Shown here: in pieces, positions 31,701 through 39,800 of the stretch
Position numbering within the stretch: the stretch's first letter is position 1
How the letters are laid out: every line of letters starts with the position of its first letter
Assembly (NCBI GenBank): GCA_029215985.1
Contig: JAEMVC010000008.1
Location: forward strand, 14,997-78,996
From: Sulfurimonas sp. SAG-AH-194-C21
GTDB taxonomy: Bacteria; Campylobacterota; Campylobacteria; Campylobacterales; Sulfurimonadaceae
Reading direction: 5' to 3'
Length of the DNA: 64,000 bases
Position numbers and translations under genes: made by a program
Notes under the pieces: model-generated
What the model was told of the DNA's origin: nothing
Database searches by the model: none
Seen by the model: only the letters and a program-made list of their open reading frames with translations

Positions 31701-32549
31701 TAAAACAAGACCTATTGAGCCACCATTATCTATCGTCTGCGCACCAAGAGTCTCACTTCTATCTGCTCTACCCCAGTATGATTTACCTATTTCAAAATCT
31801 GTAAAATCTTGTGCCTCTGCTGGTGCACCTTTTTGATTTATTTCCCACTGCTGTGTTACAGCATTAAAGTAAAAGAATGATGATGCTGTTCCGGTTGTAT
31901 TTAAATTTACACTCGAGTCAAACTGTCTTGGGTCAACTGGATTATCTTGAAAATTAAAATCAAGAACTTCAGTAATTGCTTTTCTATCGTTAGTTGTTGA
32001 TACAGCAGTTGTACCTGCTGCTATCTTATACTGAGCACTATATGTTGCATCTTGAGAGATTACACCAGCATACAGAGTAGTTCCTAGTAAAACTTCAAAG
32101 GCTTGCCCTTCAAGAGATGCTCTATAGTTAAACTTTACATTAGGTGTTGTGTCTGTACTACCTGATACATTAAAGTACATGGAACGTTCTGGTTCCGTGC
32201 TGTCTGGTGTTCCTGTTGTTGTCACAGCTATTGCAAGTGAAGCAGTAACTAAGTCTACACCACTACTATCTTGAAGTGCTTGAATCGAAATCCAACCATT
32301 TGCATCTGCAGTTGCTAGCTGATCACTAAGAGATACCTCTGTAACCTGTGTATTTAAACTAAGACCTGATGCCGCAACTACTACTGTACTTGGAGTACCA
32401 TCACTAAAACCATTTACTCCAAACATAATCCAAGAACTATCTACAGTTTCTGAAGCCAATGGCATATATGTTGCTGTATCGTCTGCTACTACCGAGTTAC
32501 TTAGCGCAATTATAGCTGCTAAGCTTAATATATTTTTTCTAATATTCAT
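28731..32549 (-). CDS. 1272-aa secreted Ala/Thr-rich surface protein of unknown function
   Basis: Sec signal peptide; acidic, beta-rich; LTEGWNMLS, GKSYW and SGYWV motifs. Confidence 0.85.
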   Translation of the reverse strand: MNIRKNILSLAAIIALSNSVVADDTATYMPLASETVDSSWIMFGVNGFSDGTPSTVVVAASGLSLNTQVTEVSLSDQLATADANGWISIQALQDSSGVDLVTASLAIAVTTTGTPDSTEPERSMYFNVSGSTDTTPNVKFNYRASLEGQAFEVLLGTTLYAGVISQDATYSAQYKIAAGTTAVSTTNDRKAITEVLDFNFQDNPVDPRQFDSSVNLNTTGTASSFFYFNAVTQQWEINQKGAPAEAQDFTDFEIGKSYWGRADRSETLGAQTIDNGGSIGLVLGDATAIAGIPNPDRYKDDQNASILTEGWNMLSFDDNKPYIRHAATGFVMTGVTNSDEAFTITDSSGLNSIALTAFAAGGNEVDVTVANREIESAKLRGLLPTAFNLKFYVGSAAGEIVILSDEKFSITQAAGTAVTSTKTLFNKDPFVSGLVTAVPDLTAVTATAAYGEYALVVNALTGASAADSLGANTGGFSKIIYSDKDGDTVNANRAITVAGTTTIAQAATQIALMGVTIKPVVTQIDTNFDGTGDMLIVASSQPFSIEDATYQRVFNIGAAVSNTAGDSIIINGSADANIVPADTSTATDVATLIEGQTATTKIFAAADAGGQQVILASTEASLLDLKDANSATTDIFTHSSSTDLAARGAVSGIYTLDAMARTPLNQVTDTITSFTTAASGAYMSNDATDTFVLTVNGVSDAAAAMSTLTSDNTIVDTYGEIIEMFDSVVALANTSITTAGTHAYASHNYTLPSGVVAGDLLTAGTAYTGTITITGVDVTDTLTFVITDDVPTAADVGSAAAAAATGDNKVNISQSQLVSDLKQNRAYSPNYAIYGPLYTLRDAGSGYKARAMLRATTEMDTATLAGIINWDSIDLTRPENEWFANNEFNLFNINHNSGYWVYLLNKDADTVSVAATGTFDKTYSQYFSNTLNTGVYSTKNVMKFGQLSITITGLDDVVAGSAYAIVGGEEVALKRTGVSDVFTANISEYGLISFTEGGITDVKVRAVNGKGEAVSALAVVNIDYEKPTSVSASVTGGTDITMTADAGTTKNFYLFKDNIPEDLTLRDAKITAGTASEVALTTGSTSVSFNACAQYVYGVENNLRIVGTDGAKNISNYSDAFPLVYASLLKSANILAHDPSSTDLKAQLGDVYDATCTKTGTQTLASENAGVSVASLDGNNVLVARMSFQPITGSTFDQSTAWTSNFEINNGDGAFIQVQNTPEYAGKAFFVEYNNVIYKGAFPADKTTADQSIGDPIDLAGSFTAANTSLAN

Positions 32550-32564
32550 AAACTTTTCCTTTTT

Positions 32565-33239
32565 TTATCTATATACTTTTTGAACATCTATCTGTGTTCC
32601 ATCAACATTATTTAATGTCAACCTATAACAAGCTGGTTTTGCACCTTGGTTTGTTTTTACATACATGATTCTATCTATTCCAGCGATACTAGTATCACTC
32701 CAAGCAATATCATATGTAACATAAAAAAAACCACTTTTCACATATCCTGTATACCCTTGCAATCCAAGATTGTTTTTATCTGGAAAACTTTTATAATAAA
32801 GTGTTACCCATGTCTTATACAAATCCGCTGAATTGCCTTCTAAATACTCAGACCGTATCCCCAATCCTTCAGTCTTAATACTAAAAAAATCTGACCCATT
32901 TTCAGCTGGATCTGTCCCGTTATAAGAAGTATCACTAGCTGTTTTATGAGTTAATGCACTACAAGAACTGAGATCATAAAGAGCATTCTCACATTCATAT
33001 ACCGACACTTCATCACAATTTGGATCTGTTGTTCCTGTTGGATTTTCAGGATTCACTGGATTTCCAGGACCTACTGGGGTTTCCGGATTTACTGGGGTAT
33101 CTCCGCCTATTGGATTTTGGTCTATAACATCAATCGGTTTTGTTGTACTAGCCGTTCCTTTTGAACTAGATGAAGTATCTACACCACATGAGTTCAAAAA
33201 TAGTACCATTACAAGTATCAAAACCGTTTTCATCATCAA
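32565..33239 (-). CDS. Lipoprotein with Pro-rich linker and conserved C-terminal domain
   Basis: Lipobox LNSC; PVNPE repeats; CYRL...KVYR end. Confidence 0.8.
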   Translation of the reverse strand: MMMKTVLILVMVLFLNSCGVDTSSSSKGTASTTKPIDVIDQNPIGGDTPVNPETPVGPGNPVNPENPTGTTDPNCDEVSVYECENALYDLSSCSALTHKTASDTSYNGTDPAENGSDFFSIKTEGLGIRSEYLEGNSADLYKTWVTLYYKSFPDKNNLGLQGYTGYVKSGFFYVTYDIAWSDTSIAGIDRIMYVKTNQGAKPACYRLTLNNVDGTQIDVQKVYR

Positions 33240-33259
33240 CCCCTTAATCCAAAACTACT

Positions 33260-33496
33260 CTAACTCGCCGGAAGAGGAGGAGGATTACCAAGTGTTGGGT
33301 TTAAACCAAATTCGTTTGTAATCGTAGTATCCGTAGTATCACCGTTATTTATTATCACCTCTGCTGGCGGAGTACTTATATCCCCTGCATCATTTATAGA
33401 GCTATCTAAAGATGCTACCGAACCACTACTACCACATCCTGTAAACATTGTAGCTAGTGCTAAAATACTTAACGATGTAATTATTAACTTTTTCAT
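33260..33496 (-). CDS. Small acidic lipoprotein
   Basis: Start reassigned to ATG 33496 (AAGGA RBS); lipobox FTGC; ends PPPLPAS. Confidence 0.75.
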   Translation of the reverse strand: MKKLIITSLSILALATMFTGCGSSGSVASLDSSINDAGDISTPPAEVIINNGDTTDTTITNEFGLNPTLGNPPPLPAS

Positions 33497-33728
33497 TTTT
33501 CGTCCTTGAAAATATTTACAAAATACAATGTAGAGCAATAAAATTATTATTTATCTTATAGATAACAACTATACTACCCTAACAGCATATTAATATTGAC
33601 ATCAACAATATCGAGACTGAAGATGCACCTCTTGCAACAAATAGCACTAGTCAATCCTTATTTAGTACAATTTATTCCAACCTTCTAAAAGTACATATCG
33701 TCAGTTAGAAATTATTCTTTAATCATTA

Positions 33729-34571
33729 TTAAAATTTATGTTGAAATTCTAAAAGAAAAGAATGTAATGTAGAATGTTTATATGAACTTTTATTTGTGCT
33801 ATCTATATAAATGTCTGCAGTGTGGTCTAATGTAAGTAGATGATAACTAGCAGCAAAAGAGAATGACTCAAAACCATTATATATAAGTCCTACTCGACCC
33901 CCAAAGATAGGAGAGATAGACTTATTGACCACTTCACCGTTTGTAGCTGCAAGTGGAATATTCTCCCATGTCAGACTGCCTATACCTGCAAGTGCAGATA
34001 GATAAGGAGTGAACTTTCCTTTGTTATAAAACCTATAACCAAGTGAAACATAAATATTTTCAAAAAAAAGATCACTATTTTTTAAAGTACTATAACCTAT
34101 TGTTGAGAACATCCCATTTTTAAAAACATACCCTACTTCTCCCATAAAAGAAATTCCATAGTTTTGAGGTTCTTTAAGTTTTATCGCTTGCTTATCTTTG
34201 TCATAAGTAGTGGTTGCACTAGCATAACCAAGTCCAAGTCCAAAGAACATACCATCTGTTTTATCTTTTTTATCAAGAACAACAACTTGAGGATTTGAAA
34301 AATAACTTTTTAATTTTTGCTGATAGTGTGCGGCTCTTTCATATGTAGTAAATGGTCCTGTATATATAATATGCGAAACACTCTTATCTGAATTATGAAC
34401 TTCCATTATTTTCATTGTCAAACTATACTGCTTTAAAACATCATTTATTGTACTGAAGTTTTTTTTATTATCTGTTTTTGTTACTTTTATATAACTCTGC
34501 GATGCATATACATATGATATAGGTATTAAGATAATAATTAGTATTTTCAGATATCTCATAAAGTTAGACAT
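33729..34571 (-). CDS. SPOR-like domain plus outer-membrane beta-barrel
   Basis: IYTGPF...A...LKSYF; FTPYL..G.G; C-terminal HKF. Confidence 0.78.
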   Translation of the reverse strand: MSNFMRYLKILIIILIPISYVYASQSYIKVTKTDNKKNFSTINDVLKQYSLTMKIMEVHNSDKSVSHIIYTGPFTTYERAAHYQQKLKSYFSNPQVVVLDKKDKTDGMFFGLGLGYASATTTYDKDKQAIKLKEPQNYGISFMGEVGYVFKNGMFSTIGYSTLKNSDLFFENIYVSLGYRFYNKGKFTPYLSALAGIGSLTWENIPLAATNGEVVNKSISPIFGGRVGLIYNGFESFSFAASYHLLTLDHTADIYIDSTNKSSYKHSTLHSFLLEFQHKF

Positions 34572-34648
34572 CGGTAATTATAAGAAAAACTTAAATAATT
34601 TGGAATGGATTATGCCTCATCTATAGATTACATACTAAACATCTCTAT

Positions 34649-35068
34649 TTAAATCTTTTTAGCAAACCTATCTAAGCAGTGTAAATCATGCTTTAAAAAA
34701 GTACTTGTACTATCTTGCATATTTCCCATAAGTTCAGCGGCATTTTCTCCGTCAACTGGATATGAGAGTAAAAATGCGTCTAAATGTTTAGCAAAAAATT
34801 CATCAAACATCTTTTTTACTATATCTGCACCATATTTATCAGTATAGGGTAGAACAAAAAAGTAATCTGTACCATCATTTACTATGGAGTCCGATGTACG
34901 GAGTATCTCCGTTAGTGATGCATCAATCTGCTCAGGGGCCATACCCTTAAAGTTACAGTATAAAAGAGTAAAACTCTCAGCACGATTTTCATCAAGTCTT
35001 GAGGCAATCCCCATATTCAAACTCAGTAGTTCTTTAAAGTTGTCAAACGAAAAATGTATTCCAGCCAT
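34649..35068 (-). CDS. Degenerate GGDEF-fold protein
   Basis: FTLL, LRTSD (RxxD), FFVLPYTD..GA, SYPVDG; no GG(D/E)EF motif. Confidence 0.65.
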   Translation of the reverse strand: MAGIHFSFDNFKELLSLNMGIASRLDENRAESFTLLYCNFKGMAPEQIDASLTEILRTSDSIVNDGTDYFFVLPYTDKYGADIVKKMFDEFFAKHLDAFLLSYPVDGENAAELMGNMQDSTSTFLKHDLHCLDRFAKKI

Positions 35069-35134
35069 AAAATCACCTTAAAATAAAATTGTCTAAAGTA
35101 TAGCTAAAGTTTTATGAATTGTTTGCATACCCTA

Positions 35135-36802
35135 TTAACTATCAAATGCTACAAGTACACCCTGTTTTAGTTTTGCAATCTTTCCTCGAAATCTTCTTAT
35201 ATAAAAAGCTTTCTCTTCAAAAGAGATATTTTGTGTAAGGTTCACTTTTCGCAACTCTCTTTCGTAATAACGAGAAAGAAAAGTGACAAGCTCTGCGTTT
35301 AAGGCCTCTTCATCTTGTAAAACTACAATAGTCTCATCCACGATGATAGACATAAGCTCAGGGGCATCTGTTTTCCCAGCAAGTGCAAGAGAAAATTCTC
35401 GTGAGTGAAACTGAAGGAGTGATGGGTCAAGAACATCAAGTATCTGGTTTATTAACTCTGGTTTTTCTATAACAGTTTTTATAAGTGTTAGTTCCCAAAA
35501 ATCTTTATGCGAGTTTTTTTGCATCAGAGGTGTATTGTTAGGCTGATGATGACTTGTGTTTAGTTTTACTAATGATGGAGAGACTCCCATACCACCTAAA
35601 CGCGAGGCAAGATATGTTTTGTACTCCTCTTGAAGTAATGGTGAAAGTGTTTTCAAATAAGATACACCCTCTCCCATACAAGACTCTTTTTCTTTAGGGT
35701 TACGTAAATCAAAAAGAGAAAGTATTCCATCTAAAACAAATTCTATAAAAGGCTTAGGGTCACGAAACATATTTGCCAACTCTTCAACTCGACCATCTTT
35801 TACCATGTCAGCCGGATCAAGTCCGCCTTCAAAAACAACTACACCACCATTAAACCCACTTGCACTGAGTAACTTACTTGCTTTAAGAGCTGCTGCTTTA
35901 CCTGCTTTGTCTCCATCGTAAGCCATAACAACTCTAGGAGATCCTTTTCTCAAAAGTGGAAGGTGTTCTACTGTAAGTGCCGTTCCTAAAGTTGCTACTG
36001 CATTATCAAACCCTGCTTGATGCAACATAATAACATCTAAATAACCCTCTGTTATGATAATCTCTTCTTTTTTATAGAGCGCTTTTTTTGCTAGATGATA
36101 AGCATATAGTAAACGCGACTTGTTAAAGTAAGCCGTCTCAGGAGAGTTTACATACTTAGCTTGATGCCCTGTAATAGTACGACCACCAAAACCAACGATA
36201 CTTCCATTTGCCGAGTGTATAGGAAAAGTCACACGTTCTATAAAACGAGCATAAGTTTGGTTGCGACTCGGTTCATACCCAACTACACCCATATCTATAG
36301 CTTCTTTAATAGCAAACTGTTCAGAGCGAATATAGTTTAAAGTGGCATTTGAATCAGGAGCATAGCCTATCCCAAACTTCTCGATACTACTCTCATAAAT
36401 CCCGCGTTCTTCTACATAAGAAGAAGCAGTTTTGTTATGTGTTAATAGAGTTTGATACCATTCGTTGAGTCTATCCATAACCTGTGAGCGAGGTTTGTTA
36501 TGTTTGTTATCTGTATGTGTGAGTGTAAAGTTATAATTTTCAGCTAATTTTTCAAGAGCTTCAGGGTAATTAAGTTTCTCATATTCCATCACAAACTTTA
36601 CAGAATCTCCCCCGGCATTACAGCCAAAACAGTGATATATTTGTTTTTGAGGACTTACTACAAAAGAGGGGGATTTTTCATCGTGGAAGGGGCAAGGGGC
36701 TTTAAAATTTCCCCCTGCTTTTTTAAGCTCCACATAATTCCCTACAACATCAACAATATCGAGTTGAGCCTTGAGGGCTTCTATGGAGTCTTGTGCAATC
36801 AT
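35135..36802 (-). CDS. dnaG: DNA primase
   Basis: CPFHDEKSPSF..CFGC zinc finger; FGGR; KYVNSPET; EGYLDV; DGDKAG. Confidence 0.98.
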   Translation of the reverse strand: MIAQDSIEALKAQLDIVDVVGNYVELKKAGGNFKAPCPFHDEKSPSFVVSPQKQIYHCFGCNAGGDSVKFVMEYEKLNYPEALEKLAENYNFTLTHTDNKHNKPRSQVMDRLNEWYQTLLTHNKTASSYVEERGIYESSIEKFGIGYAPDSNATLNYIRSEQFAIKEAIDMGVVGYEPSRNQTYARFIERVTFPIHSANGSIVGFGGRTITGHQAKYVNSPETAYFNKSRLLYAYHLAKKALYKKEEIIITEGYLDVIMLHQAGFDNAVATLGTALTVEHLPLLRKGSPRVVMAYDGDKAGKAAALKASKLLSASGFNGGVVVFEGGLDPADMVKDGRVEELANMFRDPKPFIEFVLDGILSLFDLRNPKEKESCMGEGVSYLKTLSPLLQEEYKTYLASRLGGMGVSPSLVKLNTSHHQPNNTPLMQKNSHKDFWELTLIKTVIEKPELINQILDVLDPSLLQFHSREFSLALAGKTDAPELMSIIVDETIVVLQDEEALNAELVTFLSRYYERELRKVNLTQNISFEEKAFYIRRFRGKIAKLKQGVLVAFDS

Positions 36803-36834
36803 AGATGTATTATATCTATGATTGGGTTAAATCT

Positions 36835-39800
36835 CTATTGATTGTTTACATTACCTGTTGCACCAACTCTAAAGTAACCCATCATTCCAGCATCTTCATG
36901 CTCTAAGATGTGACAGTGGTACATATAGTCACCCACTGCTCCAGTAAAGTCACCTATTACTCTAACAGTTTCACCAGGTTGTACTAAGAAAGTATCTTTC
37001 CAACCTAAGTCAGTTCCACTTGCAGGCTGACCATTTCTTGTAAGAATTTGGTACTGAATTGCATGAGCATGGAAAGGGTGTGCCATTGGTGACATATTTC
37101 TTATGCTCCAAATCTCTGTCGCTCCATCAGCTACAAACTCATCAACTCTGTTAAGATCAAATGCTTTACCATTGATAACAAAGCTCATTTGCATACCTTG
37201 TTGTCCAGCATTCATATCTCCACTCATGCCTTGACCCATACCACCCATAGACATAAGAAACTGTCTCTCATTTCCTTGGTTCACAGCATCTGCTTCTGTA
37301 AGTCTAGTTGCAATCGCTGCATTAGAAGAGATCTTAGTATATAGAGTCACATCTTCTGATTCACTTGTTGTTACATCAAATCTCATGATAACTAAGCCTG
37401 TACCATTTGCTAGCATACCACTCATCATCCCTTGATTATCTACTCCTGAAGTCATACCTGATGTTCCAGAATTATTACCCATATCAGTCACACTTGAACC
37501 ACTACCCATTCCTGAAATAGCTGAACCACTGCCCATATCTGTTTGTCCAGAAGTATTTCCCATGTCTCCAGTTCCTGCATTATTTCCACCCATCATACCC
37601 ATCATGTCGCCATTAAATGCTTTAGAAACAAGCATAACTTTATCGCCAACTGCATACTTTGAGAAGTCTATAACAATTTCAACACGCTCAGCTGCACCAA
37701 GAACTATATGGTTTACAACTACTGGACTCTCTAAAAGACCACCATCAGTTCCAACTACTGTAAAGTCACTACCATCATTAAGTGCAAAGTCATAAGTTCT
37801 TGCATTACTAACATTGTAGAGTCTATATCTATGAAGAGTATCGCTCACCTCTTGTTTTGGGAGAACTGAACCATTTACTAAAACAGTATCACCATACATT
37901 CCATCATTGTCCATCGCCATGTTTTTATACAGTAGCTCTTTTACATTTGTTGTCGTATTTAGGTCTGCAAAACGTCTATCTTGTACTAAAAGAACTGTGT
38001 CTTTTGCACCTGATGGTAACTGTTTTGTTGTTTCTAACTCTTTTGACACTGCATCTTCAAGTAAGTAAACACCTGCAAGACCCATATAAACCTGCTTTCC
38101 TGTTTCCATATCTGGATGTGGATGGAACCATAAAGGTGCCGCTGGTTGGTTCATAGTAAATGTATAAGCTTTTGTAGTACTTGGAGCTACTGGAACATCT
38201 GGACCACCATCCATAATAGCTGGGATTTTAAATCCATGCCAGTGAATAGTAGAGTCAGATGCTAACTGATTGTCTAAGTTTAGTGTCATATCTGTACCAC
38301 TACTTGTACGAATCACTACAGGTAAAGGGTTGTTATTATATCTCCACATAGGAGTTATCCAGCTACTTTCTGGTGTCTCAATAGTTACATTTACATTTGT
38401 TGTTGCACGAAGAGTATATGTCTCTTTTGCATCTGTTGTATCTCCATCTTCATCAGCTATAACTGGAAGTACATGAAGTGTTGGAAGTGTTGTTGATGTA
38501 ATATACTTATTTATTAAAGCTGTAAGATTTGCATCTTCACTTGCTCCTCTATCACCAAAGGCATCAGTATCAAAACCCATACCTTTTAGTTGTGCTTTTT
38601 GGCCATCACTTAACTCACCATTTCTTAATTTTGCAGTTGTATTTTGAAAAAGTTTTGTACGAGAAAGTGCAAACTCTTCACTTACATTGACATCTCTACC
38701 ATCTGCTAAAGTAATTCCATCAGCCTTACCATCTTTATAGTCAGCGATAACTAAGTCCATAACATCAAACACTTTGTCTGCACTAAGGTTTAAGTCACGA
38801 ACCATATATGAAAAAGAGATAGCACGATTTCTTGCAAATGCTTCACTTTGATCTTTTGGGAATGATGATGTAAAGTCACCAGTTTGTAAGAATTTGTCTC
38901 CTGGTAAAATTGTTAATGGTGAAGAATCAGTAATCATAGCTGCTGTTATAAGTGCCTGTGCTTCACTCATGGCTGTAGCTAAAGTAGTACCATTTGCTAC
39001 ATCATCAACAACGATGTCAGCATAAATAGTTGTCTCAGGAGTTATAGCAATATAACTTTTGTCTGTTAAAATAGTCTCTAACTCAGCTTTTGTAAAAACT
39101 GTTTTAAGACCTTTAGTAGCAGGAATAGTTACAGTTGTACTCGTTGCTTCATCTTCATAAGAACCACCAACACTCTCTATAGTATAGTATGTACTTGTAA
39201 GTGTAGTCTGAGGTAATATAAAAAGACCATTTTTAGAAATAGTTGATGCAACAAGTGCTCCAGCCGCATCTTTTAGTTTGATAGTAGCTCCATCAATAGG
39301 ACCTTTTATGATAGAACCAACTAAGTTTACACCATTAGCAATCGTGTCTGCTGTAGCATTTTGTTGCCCTTGTATTTTTGCTCTAAAGTCTTCATCTCCA
39401 CCTAAAAATGTATCATCATTAAGTTTATCTTTAAAGTCTTGGTCACTAGAGTTTGCAAAATCAAAGTTATCATTATAAAACTGTGTTTTTAGTGTATCTC
39501 TAGTAGCTGTATCAAGGTTATTTAAACCGTTATCATTAAAAAGTTGTTCACGTTTTACAGAATTTTGTTCCTGCGTTGATAAACCAAGTTCATTTGAGTC
39601 AAGTTTTTTCTTGATATCATCAATAGAGTCATTATCTAAGTCTATTTTATCACTAGATGTGATTTTATCTCGTGTTGGCTGGTCTAGTTGCTCTAATCCT
39701 AAAGATTTTACAACTCTTTTTGCTTTTTCACTTTGAACTTCATTATCTGAATCAACAAGTACTGTTGCATCCGTTGAAAGATCGGTGTCGAGTTCTGCTT

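Noticed and set aside
33644-33680. sigma54-like motifs for the 7-gene operon (AAGG-N10-GC; TTGG-N10-AC)
   Set aside because: Each misses part of the consensus and lies far from the start codon; the operon promoter is left uncalled
33538-33708. Plus-strand frame resembling a decayed small secreted protein (IKLLFIL*ITTILP*Q...), and a 22-codon minus-strand ORF in the same spacer
   Set aside because: No proper start and two stops in the first, no homology evidence for either; plausible by chance in AT-rich DNA
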